From Lama glama (taxonomy: Eukaryota), in contig CM052817.1 of NCBI GenBank assembly GCA_028534125.1, forward strand, positions 25,856,001 through 25,920,000: a stretch of 64,000 nucleotides of DNA. Reading direction: 5' to 3'. Shown here one piece after another: positions 49,358-62,512 of the stretch. How positions within the stretch are numbered: position 1 is the first letter of the stretch; each line of letters starts with the position of its first letter. The translations under genes were made by a program, and so were the position numbers. Under the pieces are notes generated by a model. That model was not told the origin of the DNA, searched no databases, and saw only the letters and a program-made list of their open reading frames with translations.

Positions 49358-50949
49358 CTAAAAACCAAAATGTTCAAGCAGAGAGGAAATTACATGGAGC
49401 TTTCCAAAGAAATATTTGGCATTAAAACTGCAGGAAGTTGATTTTTCTCATTTGACATCATAAATAATCTCAGCATGAAAAAATCTGCAGGAAATTTAAT
49501 AGCAAATAAGCAGAGCCTGAAATGAAATCCTGAGAAATTCTTCTGTGGGCTAACAGTTAATAAACTGATAAAACCATACATCCAATATGGTTAGGAAAGC
49601 TTATTAAAATTATCCATTCATACTATTCTCATTTTTTTTTAATATTTAAACTACTGCTTAACTTGTATAACTTTAAGTAAACAACCACATGCACCTACAG
49701 AATATCTTTGTGAAAAAAGTAAAGTTTCAATTCTGAAAAAACTAAAACAAGTTTGAACTCCTGCTCTTCTCTCTGGCTGTTTACCCCCCCACCCCATACT
49801 AAATCTAACAACCTGTGAGTAACTTAAGGGCAAGAGCATACAATCTCTTGATTGGAAAGATCTCTTGATAATACAAAAAACACTGGCCAAAGAGAGCTGG
49901 ATGGAAGAGACATTTAATCTTAATTGGAAATGTGTATAGCTACAGACTTGTTTTTACTTCTGCAGTGGTTCAATATGGTACAGCCAAGCAAAATGAAAAT
50001 TATGTAAATCATTCGAAATTACTTATTAATAGAGAACTGAGATCAACACAGACTTAAAACAGGCTTGAAAAGAAGAAACTAAACAAAATTCAAAGACTGC
50101 CCCAATACAAGTTCAATCCCTCACCATGCAGGTGAAGAACTATTCTTGGGGGATTTAAAAAAAAAAAAAAGCCATAAATCTGCTTGGAGAGAAAAGGTTT
50201 GACTAACTACATCTCAAAGTCCCTATGATTCTAGGATTGAAATGATCTTGTAAAAACTAAACTACTTAAATTCTTCTCAAGAAATTTAAAGTAACTTTAG
50301 AAAATGCCACAGCAAACCACTATCCCACACACCCTAATTAACTATCATCTCCTGAACTATCACACACTGTGGCTTTATCTTTTTACTTATCCAATCTCCA
50401 CACTTCTAGCCTCCCTACCAAACCCTTCCACTCTAGAACTCTTCCCGCAGGGCCAACAAACCACCCAACATTCTCAACCTCTTCTCCAATATCCCCTCCA
50501 TGGCCTTGCCTTCACTGATACCTGGCTGCCCCACTAAGAACCCCACTTTGCCTCGAGTCCTCTCAAGCAGAGGCTTTCTTAGTCTTTCATACACTACGTG
50601 CAGGAGGCAAGACTGGTATCTTCTATAAGCCCTGTAAGGCTCATCTCTCCCCCTTTTTCTTAGGGGAACTACTGATCTCCATTTGTGCGCTGAATCTCCT
50701 GCCCTTCTACATTCTCAGAAACCTCATACTACATTTGATTCTTCTTCTCTTTCTGGTAAACCTTCAGTCTCTCCCTTTCTGGTACGTCAATCCCATCACA
50801 CACACACAAAAAAATTAAAAAACAAAAACCACGCTTTAAGTATCTCCTACCTTAAAAACACTCACATTTTCCCTCTAAATCCCACCTTCTATTTGTAGGT
50901 AGAAGTCCTCTCTCTCCTCTCCCCTTCGCAACCAACTTACAAAAAAAAA

Positions 50950-51900
50950 AAATCTATCACTTATGCTGCCTCCTTTTTCTCCTCTCACTCACTCTTCAAT
51001 CCATTTCCATCAGATTCTACCTCTATCATTCTATTGAAACTTCTCTTGATCAGTCATGTTACTAAATGCAGTGGACAACTTTCCATCTCCTCTTAATCAT
51101 TTTTTAAAAAAATCTCTCTTGCCTTTGCTCCTGTGACACCACCTTTACCAGGCTTCTCTCCCACATTTGTGGCTGCTTCTTCACAGTCTGAGTTTCATCC
51201 TCCTCTGCTTCATGAAGAAGCTAGGCACAAGGCCGCCCTCTCTTCTCTCTGCACTTGCTGGTCAGGTGACATTAATACCTTCACACATTATCTACATGCC
51301 AATATGTCCACGTTTTTACATCCTGACTTCTGTTCTGAGCTCTAGCCCTGCATATCTAACCAGTCTGCCTAACATTTCCATGTGGCTATCTCACATACAT
51401 CTAAAGCCAGCATGGTGACAACAAACTCATTATCATCTCCCTAGATCGGCTGTGCCTCAGCGGCATCAGCACCCACCCAGTTGCTCATGCCAACAGCCAG
51501 GACACCATCCTCGATGCTCAACCCCACTTCCAATCATCACCAAGTCCTACGGATTTTACCTTTTCCATTGAAACTACTTCACTTTTCAATACTTTCTCTG
51601 CTACTGCCCTAGAGAAGTCTCTGTTACTTCTCACCAGCTTTCCTAAGGGAGCTCCCTGTATCTATTCCCCGCTCCACTGCACTCTATACTCATAGCCAGG
51701 ATGCTCTGTTTGAAACACAAACCTGGCCATACTATTCCCCCACTTACAACGCCCCTTGGGGCCAGCTTCCTCTGTTATACTCCCTAAGAGCATCTTGATT
51801 TTTCCCTTACGGCACATATCACAATTATAATTAAATAATAATTTATTTAATGTCTCTTTCCTGAGTTAGATCATAAGTACCATGACAGCAAAGAGCATTA
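50950..51900. mobile_element. L2 LINE remnant
   Basis: Pyrimidine-rich L2 pattern (acatttccatgtggctatctcacatacatctaaa, acccagttgctcatgcca, ttccaatcatcaccaagtcct). Confidence 0.7.
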
Positions 51901-52142
51901 GTCCTGTGACTGCCACATCTTCAAAGCTCAGCCCTTGCAGGGCAACATGTTACTTAAAGGAAATTTTTTGTAAGTATCAAGCAGTGATTTATAAGGTGAA
52001 TAAACATCTGTAATTTGTAAAGATGGTGACTAAGGCTTTTCTGTTAATGTTTGACTATTAATTATCTGCTGCTGTAAATATAGTGAATACACACATGGAC
52101 TCGCAGGGCAGAGGCCCTGACACATCCCCTCAGTACTCTTAC

Positions 52143-52250
52143 CTTTGGTATTTCTTTGGAGCCCAGGGCTTTGGGACCTTCTCGATTTAAGTAGCTCCGA
52201 TAAGCTTGATAATTACTGCGTCTCTTTTCAGAATCTTCAGGACTTATAGA
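52143..52250 (-). CDS. RFC1: RFC1 exon (probable 10)
   Basis: SISPEDSEKRRSNYQAYRSYLNREGPKALGSKEIPK; ag/gtaaga. Confidence 0.96.
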
Positions 52251-52559
52251 CTTCAGGGAGAGGGAAAATAAACTGAATAAAATCATGCAAAATTCATGTA
52301 AAATTAAATACACATCAATAAATAAACAGTAAGTCGTTTCAGTGTTTGGTCTTGATAGTAACATTTTTAGCTACACAGGTACTCCCCAATTTACACATGC
52401 CCAGCTTATAAACACCCCTATAATCAGCCCTTCTCTGACCTTTCAACACTCTCTAATGGTACATGCCTCAGGGTGGACAGGGTGAGTAAGCCAAGTTGCT
52501 AGCCCCAAGCCCAAAAAAACAAAAAAGTATATTTTATTTCAAAAATTCATGTGAACTTT

Positions 52560-52697
52560 TAGTGGGGAGGGTATAGCTCAAGTGGTAAAGTGTATGCTTT
52601 GCATGCAGGAGGTCCTGGGTTCAATCCCCAGTACCTCGTCTAAAAATAAGTAAATAGACAAATAAATTTAAAAAACAAATTACCTCTTCCCCCCAAA
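52560..52697 (+). mobile_element. tRNA-Ala-derived SINE (Vic-1 type)
   Basis: ggggagggtatagctcaagtggt...ggtcctgggttcaatccccagtacctc plus A-rich tail; 19 bp TSD at 52541-52559 and 52698-52716 with one C/T mismatch at a CpG. Confidence 0.92.
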
Positions 52698-54209
52698 AAA
52701 AATTCACGTGAACTTTAAATTCTATTCATAATATATCATGTGTATTTTAATGGAAATAACTAATTTTTCCCCAAATCAACCTGAACACACAAGAAAATAT
52801 CCTATTTTTATCCAATGGCCTTGTATACCCTTAAAATAACATCTCCTCTATACTCCTGAGGATATGAGGACTGCAGTCTGAGAATTAATGGCTTCATATA
52901 AACAGCTGGCTCAAATAAGGGCCAAGCTTTGCTCCAAAACAGCAGGCAATTCTACATGCCACCACCCTTCCTTCTGTGTTTAATTTCTCCTATTCTATTT
53001 CTCTCAAGAGGATCTTACCATGGTGTATCTCAGAAAATCCTGGGGAATTTTTAAATATGTATCTTTGGGTGCACTCCAAGTTTTTGATTCAGAGACATGG
53101 GATATGACTGAGGCATGTGTATTCTGGAGAATATTCTAGGTAATTCTGATTTAAGAACCAGTATTAAGAATGGTCTCTGCCGTTTTTTCTACTTCCTAAT
53201 TTACATTATTTTTAACTTGTAAGCCACCTCAAATCCCTTTGAGAGTAGACAAAAAATACCATTTCTATGCAAATAAATGATTTAATCAACAAAATGGGGT
53301 GATTTGCTTTGGTTTTGAGTTTAATATGCCAGTATGGGATGATCCTAGGCCTTAACCCTACTTTTTAACAGCGGTTCTCAAATGTTGGTGTGCGTTCATA
53401 CCATCTGAAAAACTTTTTGAAATACACCAGCCCAGACCACATGTCCTAGGAAACCATATTTTTAACAAACTTCAGAGAAAAATCTAATGGATGCCAAAAT
53501 GGGAAAACTGTTCATTTATAACATTAACTCCATGAAAAAAAAAGAATTATAAACAAATTATAAAGTAACTTTGAAGCACACCCATTTATGAAGTCAAAAT
53601 TATTTCACTGATAGACTGAATTTATAAAATACTTCATATTCTCAAAACTACTTAAGTAAAAGTTCTCTGAATCATTTCTATGCCAACTTTGATAAGTAAC
53701 ACTATCATTTAAAGATTTCTTCTCCTTTAATAAAATAAGACAAGCCTCAGTAAATTAAACATGTTTAGTGCACCTGAAGGAAAACATTCATCCACCAGCT
53801 AAGTATCTAGTGAAGAAAAATCTGAGACCAAAAAGTTAATTGTTCCCTTAAGCATATTTATGACCACTGACCAAAAACAAAAGCATCTAGAAATCATCAC
53901 TATTTAACAGTTCTGCACTAAAAAATAATGGTGATAAGCAGTTAAAATAGATAATATTCTGCTTTTAAGCCTAAGAGGCTTGAAGGAATAGTGGTTTCTC
54001 ATTATGAATCTAGTAAGGTGGTTCCAAACTGGAAATTCTACAAAACCGTTCAACTCTCAAATATATATGAAAACAAAGAAAATTTTTGAAAACTCTTCTG
54101 TATTACTTCACTGTTTTTCCCTTTGAAAATGATTTCAGTATCTCAATACTGTTAAACAGGAGAAAAAGGATTACATTCAGGAAAAATCCAAATAATAATT
54201 ATTTTAATA

Positions 54210-54645
54210 ATAATAGCAAAAACTTATACAGCATTTACTATATATCAGGCACTGTTCCAAATGGTTTTATATTAACTCACTAGGCACTATTATTACCCCT
54301 ATTTTACAAATAAGGAAACCAAAGCAGAGAAAAGGGAAATTATCAGATAAAGGTCACACATTAGTGTCACAGGGCTATGATCCGAAACTGGCTCTGGAGT
54401 CCGTGCTCAGAGCCACCATGTGATACTGCTTTTTTTTGGCCTCAGAGGACCTAAGTTCAGAATGGCTCTGCCACGTACTAGGTGGATGATCTTGGAAAAG
54501 TTACTTAAACCATTTCGGCCTGTTTCCTCATCTTCAAAAGCTGTCAATAAAAGTAAGTATCTCACAGGGTTGCTGTGAAAATTACATAACATAGCACATG
54601 TATTAGCACAATATCTGATACTCATTAACACTCAATAAATATTGG
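54210..54645. mobile_element. Two MIR SINE remnants in opposite orientation
   Basis: cctattttacaaataaggaaacc...aaggtcacaca; then aagttacttaaaccatttcggcctgtttcctcatct...ctcaataaatattggcta. Confidence 0.75.
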
Positions 54646-54809
54646 CTAATTTAGCTATATTAATAATCTACAGACCACAACAGTATCTTTAAATAAGATA
54701 ATATCTTAGAAGTACTATAATGACTTATAAGGTTAGAAATGAAACTTGAAAACAATCAAACCCAGATCAAAACATAGCCCCAAAATGATACACTTTGAGA
54801 AATTTCTAC

Positions 54810-55090
54810 CTCTTGTTTAGCTGGAGAACTTTTGATTTTCTTAGGAGTTCTGGTCTCTTTCAGTTCAATGGCATTTTCTTTTCTTTTTGAGCCCATAGGC
54901 TCTGTTTTTTTATAAGAACTCTCTTCTCTTTTTTTCAAAGCTGCCAGCTTGGAACTGGCTTTTGGAGAAGAAGTTTCTCCTGTTTTATGAGCTGATGACC
55001 TGGAATGTTGAGATTCTTTTGAACTTTCACATTTAGTTCGCTTCTTAGGGCTGCAATTCTTTCTTTCATCTGAAAATTGTTCTGCTTTTA
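54810..55090 (-). CDS. RFC1: RFC1 exon (probable 9)
   Basis: (V)KAEQFSDERKNCSPKKR...KKREESSYKKTEPMGSKRKENAIELKETRTPKKIKSSPAKQE; ttcccag/gtagaa. Confidence 0.94.
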
Positions 55091-55955
55091 CTGGGAAGAA
55101 AGAAAAGATTAAGAATTTTGTTTTTAGAAAATGATACTCATTTCTAGATTATTAAAATATCAAAATTATTTTTTCATTTTTCAACTGAATAATCTTCATA
55201 GCACACAGTATATAGTGATTTTCATTAATATTTTAGTTCTTCAGTTTATTCAGAACATTTATTTTTAAAAATTAAATATTTCTATGTTACTTCTTTGTAT
55301 AACTGGATCAAATTAAGGGATCTGTATGTCTTTTTAAATATAAATTGCTCATTAATTGAAATGATATGGTAAACTACATCTGAGAACATGGACTTAATTC
55401 CACAGATAAACTTCAATGATCTGAAATTCACACAGAGAAAACTTACTAACTAGAATATGTCACATAAAAATTCTATCTGTAATATCATCTGAAATTATCC
55501 TGGGATTTCAAAACTTAAATTATATGAACAGATTTACTTACAAGATTAAGCTCACCTACATTAGCAGCTGGATAGATACCAGAACTAGATATCTAAAAAA
55601 TAAAATCTACAGACAACAAACAAAAGAGCTTCAGATGACCAGTACAACAGTTCCTGAATCAACTCTAAGAACCTGAAGCATCTAGTTTTGTCTTCATATG
55701 TTGAAGTCCACACAGTTGCACTATACTTGGAAAGGAACACATTTCTCACAACAATCATAGAGCAGACAGGCACTCAGCACCAGCTAATATCCAAACAGCT
55801 TCCAAAGTATCTAAGTAGAACATCTCTAGTACTCCTATGAAATAACATCTACCTAAGAATATTAGGCAATTATGAACAGAATGTTTAAACAAGGTTACAT
55901 GAATTTTCTTCTATAAAGATAAATGTTCCAGCTTGCTTTTTTCTGCTAGTATTAC

Positions 55956-56043
55956 CTTTATGAGGATATTTAGGTTTGACTGCTTTACATAAATTGGCCT
56001 GTACAGATGAAAACATCTCTCTCTCTTCTGGGTCCTTTAGAGC
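55956..56043 (-). CDS. RFC1: RFC1 exon (probable 8)
   Basis: ALKDPEEREMFSSVQANLCKAVKPKYPHK(V); ttcttag/gtaat; phases match neighbours. Confidence 0.92.
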
Positions 56044-57173
56044 CTAAGAAAACAGAAAAGGTGTCAAATGCAATAAGTAACATGAAAACTATTACCACAA
56101 AATATGTTTTTAAAATTGACCAAAGATTAAGGGTCACCTTCCAAAGTACCAGAACAATCTAATAAATTTTCATTCATTCATACACGAAACTTCTGGGACA
56201 AAATGAGGCATACTGTATTACTTTTAATTTTACAGATGAAGAAACAGATGAAAGAGTATTAAAGATACATCTATAAAAAATTATCCCTGTTGTTCCCCAC
56301 TTCTGTGGGAAAACAGAAGACTTGTTCCTGCTGTCTTCATCTCCACTCTCAAATCGTTAGTATTACACAGTTAAAAACTAAAATCTAAACCCAAAAGACT
56401 AAATTAAAGAGAATCCAAAGCACAAAAGTAAAATAAAGAGTACTTTCTCAAAAGAGAAAAAGAAAGTCCATTTTCTCCACTGGTCCTTCAAAACTCCATT
56501 TTACAAAGAGGTCACAAATTGGGGTGCGTGACACAGTATTTTTTTAAATAATTAAAATTTGAATGCCTTTAGATGAAGTAAGTCTTTTCCAATGACAAAA
56601 TCCCCACCATTCCCTATTGTCTTACACTTGCCTGCCGTAAAATCTTTTAAAATAGTCAGATGTTGATACTGAAAATATTAACAGAAGGTGATTCAACAGA
56701 AATAAGGCTAATTTTCTAGAGATCAAGTGCTTAAAAAAATCTTGATGCTTTCAGAGATTCCCAACAATAGTCATTATTACTTGAGACTGTCCTAATACAG
56801 ACCTAAAAGTTAGCTAATTAGAAATAGCAAAATTGTGCTTCAAAAAAAAGATAGTAATTAACATTAAAGTTGCTACACTTTAGGTTCTGTAGGAATCTTT
56901 ATAAGTGCTAGTCTCTCAACAAGTACATAAGAATCCCTTTGTGACAGAGGAAGTAAAAGAAGGATTCTGGTTGGCTTTGGCTCTATCAACCTTCCTTTAG
57001 AAGAATAAGTTTCTCAATGAGCTTCCCCAAAAACATTTTTTTTAAATTAGAATAATTTAGCTATTCTCTAGAAGAGTAACTCATGGTTCTATCTCCAGAG
57101 CCTAGAATACACAGGTCTGAAAGGGAACACTGTTTTGTACTGTACAAAGTGCAAATGTTTGGTAAAACATCAC

Positions 57174-57251
57174 CTTTTTGGACTTGGGTTCTTCATCCAA
57201 CATGGCTAATGTTCTGGCAAACTCTTCATCTTCATGCAGTTGTCTCTCCAG
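57174..57251 (-). CDS. RFC1: RFC1 exon (probable 7)
   Basis: LERQLHEDEEFARTLAMLDEEPKSKK; cttacag/gtgatg. Confidence 0.95.
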
Positions 57252-59329
57252 CTGTAAGAAGTGTTAACACAGTGAGTTGCTCTTTTTTTCTTTTTGTAAA
57301 TGAAAGTTTTAAATGTTTGGTTCATGACAATTAAAAGAAACTGGAAAAATATTTTCCAGAAAGTATCTATGATATTTTTCCACTTAACAGCTAAGTATCG
57401 CAGGTTTGTTTCACTAAGCCAAATTAGATTTCAGAACATATATTTCTAGTTTTACAGGCATGATAGATAAACTGAGCAAAAGGTTCTCAGTCTTTAGCTT
57501 TTTCTTAATGGTCCCAGGGCAACACTTACAGATCTCTCATTTTCATTTATTTTAATTTCTAAGAAGAGCTCAGAAAAGAATCATTATCCTAATTAGAAAA
57601 ACAAAAGAGGCAGGGAGCCAGAGGGGTCACACAAAAAAAACAGTGAATCTAAGAAATCAAGAAAATTACATACTTTCTTTGCACACAGTACAGTAAGATA
57701 TATACAAATGCAACTATCACTAATACCATTAAACTTCTATTTTCAATTACTAATTCAAATGTATACGTGCTGACTTATTTTTAATTCAAGTATAGTTGAC
57801 TTAATATTATATTAGTTTCAGCTGTACAAGATAGCAGTAATTTATCTGTTCTGACTTTTGAAATTTAAGTCATTATCAGTTTCCCTAACATACTAATGCA
57901 ACATACAAACATTCCAGTTACCTCATTGTTACTTCCAAATATATTTACTTTCAGTAAAATGGAGCTCTTCCAGAAGAGAACGTCAGAAGAGAACATGTGG
58001 AAGTAAAATGTATTTCTCATAAACTAATTTTATGCCCTCTGATAAAAAGGCCTAATACAACGTTGAACAAAAGCTTCCTTATATTATTCAAACAAAGGAA
58101 AGGACCCCAAAATCCACCCAATCCAAAAGAAAAGGCTTTGAAATTGGCATAAGCCTTGTAAGAACTCAGTTACCAAGCCTCCTCTTGTTTATAAAATGAA
58201 CTCAAGCTACACAGAATTATAAGCAAGCCAGACGCACATCAATATACCCTCTGTTGCCTAATGTTTCTTTACCATAACTGAATCGCACATTTAATTTCTA
58301 AAAACAATATGAAAATCTTCATCATACAAAGGTTCTTCAAACTCTAAACTTCCAGTGGTCCTACAAGGATTTCTGGTTGAACTCTATACTGTTTTTCTAA
58401 AAATTTCACACTACGTAGAATACTTCTAGTAAAGAGGATTCTAGATGTTTTAGAATATAGAAGAAATTTAAATACTTCCAATAGAAATTCATTATTGTTA
58501 ATTATGGCATCATGTGATCAAAAGTCTTATATTGTAAAATAATGTTTGATAGTATTCAACATACTGATTTACATGTTAGATTCTGAAAACATATGTACTA
58601 AATGAATACACAAAAAGGTGTAGGGGGAGAGGAAAATAGAAACTCTTAGAGGGATAATTAAGAAAGATATTATCAGTCAGTCATTAACACCCTCAGGGTC
58701 CTTCATCAGACCTATTACCCAAACAAGATTTTGAAAGAATGTGATAGAAGTGGGAAAACAGGATTGTGATATAAAATACCACACCTGTTTTGGGAGGGAC
58801 AGGGTAAGCCTCCAGTATTTGGGATAGATAAGGAGAAGTCAGGTCCCTAAAAATGACTTCACAATTTTACCTAGGCCATTTGTTCTACCTTGAGTCGTTT
58901 GAGTAACTGTCTGTAGTTTATATAATTCAGTGTAACTGAATAAGACAGAAAAAGATTTTGAAGACACAAACTATAAACTACCAAATTAATAAAACGTGAA
59001 CAGTTACATAGATATATTCCAAAAGACTGGAATTCGGTTCTCTCACAACAATTCTTGTCAAGAGCCTCTTCCATGCCAAGCACTAAAATGAGCCCTGATG
59101 TCACAATAGCTGACACACAAACAGCCCCGGCAGGTGGAGTTAAAGCCTACATACAGGAAGACATTTACATAGCAACTTTAGAAGACATTTAAATAAATGT
59201 TAATAGTAGCTACATGGGGTTCAACAAAGTAAACAGAGGGGTTTCCAACATAGTGTAGGAAATATGAGAATGTTAAGACTTAAGCTAATAAATAGGAAAG
59301 GGGTTCAAATAGCAGGTATCAACATCTGG

Positions 59330-60072
59330 AGCCTCTAACAGAGATGAACACTCCTCCCTGAATTACCTTTTTCACTTGGCTTCCATAAAATACCAAGCTT
59401 TCCTGACTGTCCTACTTCACTAGCCCCTCTCTTAAATCTGCTTTGCTGATCATCCTCCTCTTCCTGACCTCTCACTGTTAACAGTGCCCCAGAGCTCAAT
59501 CCTGAGCTGCTTCTCTCCGCAGCATCGCATCCAGTGACACTGGTTTTAATACCATTCAAATGGTAATGATCCTAAATATACTTCTTCAGCTTAGACCTCT
59601 CCCCAGAGCTCCAGATTCCTCTATCCAACTACCCATCCTTCACTTCCATTTGTAAACCCATCAGATATCTCAAACTTATGTCCCGAACAGAATTCTTGAT
59701 TTCCCTGCACCAGTGTTTCAGTACTAATAAATGATATCACCATTCCCCAGTTGCTCAAGGCAAAAAACACCAAGTCACCACGGGACACTTGCACTTCCCT
59801 TTCTCTCTGTTTTGAGGAAATCTTCCAAGTGGCCAGCTTACCATTATCGCTTAATTTTGTGCCCCAATGTCACTTCCTCAGAGGGGCTTTTCTGACCCCT
59901 TTATTTAAAACAGAACATCCGTAACCCCACTGATCACCTCAAAATTATCTCTTTACTATTCTTCATAGCACTTATAATGACCTGACATTACTTTTTTTAA
60001 ATGCAGTATCCTTAACACCTAGAAGAGTGCCATGCACTCAGTAAGCGTTCAGTAAATACCTACTGAACGAAT
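59330..60072. mobile_element. L2 LINE remnant
   Basis: agacctctccccagagctccagattc...tcagatatctcaaactt...ccagttgctcaagg...cttcctcagaggggctttt...agtaaatacctactgaacgaatg. Confidence 0.75.
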
Positions 60073-60464
60073 GTAACAGGTTTACTACAGAAAGCACTCT
60101 GAACTGAAGACAGATTTAGGGATCACCTGCATATATATAGTACTTAAAGCCGCAGGAGTGAATGAGATTGCCCACAGTGAAAAAGAAAAGAGCAAATGAA
60201 ATCATTTTAACTATACTAAAGGAAGCTTCCATTCAAAGAAACATAATAATAAATCTTTAAATATTTATCCTCTGCTTTCATAATTTATCTGTCATATAAA
60301 TTTAGATTTTCATATAGTATTAGATTTTAACTTATTTTACACATTAAATCTTACAATGAGGCTCAATCCAAAATTAGACTAGAACAATCTTAACTGTCTG
60401 CCTGGGTAGACTAGACAGCAAGTCATGACAACAAGTTAATGATAGCTAAACAAAATGCCAATAC

Positions 60465-60542
60465 CTCTGCATCTTCGTCAAGTTGCAATTGCCTGGCAAT
60501 AGCTTCATCTTTTAATCTGGAATCATCTGCATTTTGTGGAGG
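60465..60542 (-). CDS. RFC1: RFC1 exon (probable 6)
   Basis: PPQNADDSRLKDEAIARQLQLDEDAE; ag/gtattg. Confidence 0.93.
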
Positions 60543-61393
60543 CTATATTTCAAAGAAAATCAAGCAATATCAACATAAACCTTAAGTTAAAAATAAGGTG
60601 TTTTTTCTTAACCATAATTTGAATAAATACACCAATGAGGGATAAGTATATTAGTCATGAAACAGTCTCAACACACACCAGCCAAAAAATTATGTCCATG
60701 GCTACTCCCTGACCATATCCAATTTCCTAATGAGTAAATATACTACGGACAGATGGTTCTCATTTAATTCTACTGAAATGTTCAAAAGAAGTACCAAAAA
60801 AAAAAAACCTATAGAGTAATATCTTGGCTTAGAAGTAGTCCAGAACATTGGCAAACCAACATATGAGAATGATTACATTGTCTTATGGAGGCACAATGAA
60901 ATCATCACACCCCATCTGGCAGGCTTGAATGTAGGTAACTACTTTCACTAATTTATCTGCATGTCTGTTTCCTAAACCTCCAGAAAAAGATGAATCCAGT
61001 ATCAGCCAAAGTGGAGAAGGTCAAAGTGCAGGTAGACTCTATTCATACATTATGAATTTGATGACCTCGTTTGGGAAAAAATTTATTGTTCAGTTTTATC
61101 TGACTGAGATAAATAGCAAAACAGGTTTGCATTCTGAGTATTTAAATCCTAACACAATTTATTCTTAAGATTTAAATGATCTTTTTTCATTTTCAAATAT
61201 GAACAACTTAAATGTGTGATACTCTAACTTCCTCATCCTCCAAAGTAACAGCAATACATTTTACCCATAATCATAGGAAAATTATTTTCATCAATAAAAT
61301 GCTGATCTACTTACATCCAAGTTTCACCTTCTTATTAACAACAGTGAACAGGTACAAATCCTGAACACTCTCGGTCACATGTAGACCACTCAC

Positions 61394-61626
61394 CTCTTTT
61401 CTTCTGCTTGCCACCATCTTCTTATCGGATCTTTGGACACTTCCAGTTCCAAAATAATCAAGCACTGATGTAGGAGTAAGTTTTATCGGTGATAAAGGCT
61501 TATTCTTAGTCTTAGTGTATTCTTCATTCTTTTTCATGTTTGATGCTCCAAGGTAACTATTTGTAGATCCTCCATTCTCTTTTGATTTGGAGGCTGCCTT
61601 CTTACACACAAAGTCATCTTCTTCAT
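61394..61626 (-). CDS. RFC1: RFC1 exon (probable 5)
   Basis: (D)EEDDFVCKKAASKSKENG...PIKLTPTSVLDYFGTGSVQRSDKKMVASRRKE; ccccttaag/gtgagt. Confidence 0.96.
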
Positions 61627-61829
61627 CTTAAGGGGAATATAACCAAATATTGTTTGATAAAACATTAATTCTAATTATAAAAACAACCACTTCCATCAAC
61701 TTTATGAAAAATAAACAAGAGCTATGGGATTCTTTTTTCTTCCTCTTGGATAAATTCAACAGTTATCCTCACAATTACCAATGCCAGGTCCGTAATACAC
61801 CATTCCCCGCCCAGAGTACACAACCCTAT

Positions 61830-62512
61830 TTATTTACTCATTTATTCAACAAATATTTACTGAGTATCCACTGTGTCTTAGGCACTGAGAATACAGCAGT
61901 GGAAAAAAACAAAGCAAAAACAAAAATCCCTGCCTTCACAGAGCGTGGAGTCTAGAAGAGAAAGCAGATATAGAAATATACTGTCAAGCTGTAAGTGCTC
62001 TGAAGAAAAAGTAAAACAGGATGAAGAATGAGAGTGATGAAGGGTGCTCTTTTAGATAGGATAGTCAGGAAAAGCCTCTTTGATAAGCCACATCTGAACA
62101 CAGCCCTGAAATGGAATGACCTGAGGCAAGAATGTTCAGACAAGGAAAACCCTAAGGGCAAAAGCCTTAAACTGAGTGTGTTTGGAGGTCCCTATGACTG
62201 CAGCACAATGAAGGGGGTCCATCATAACAGCTAAGGTGAGAGAGGTAGAGGACTGTGGGACTTACATAGAAAAAAAAATAGATTTTATTTTAGAATGAGA
62301 ATCCATTGGAAAATTTTCAGCAGATCAGTGAGTAATCCAACTTAAGTCATATCCCTTAGAGAACACACTGTTGAGGGATAAAAGCAAATGCAGGGAGACC
62401 ATTTGGAAAGCTACTTGACATAGTTCCAGAGGAAATGTTGAAGACTTTGGACTAGGGTGGTGTTTGCAGAGGTAGAAAGAAGCTGTCAAAGTCTAGCTAT
62501 ATATTGAAGGTG
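61830..62512. mobile_element. L2 LINE 3' remnant
   Basis: catttattcaacaaatatttactgagtatccactgtgtcttaggcactg...aaaatccctgccttcacagagc...ggactagggtgg...tatattgaaggtgga. Confidence 0.8.
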
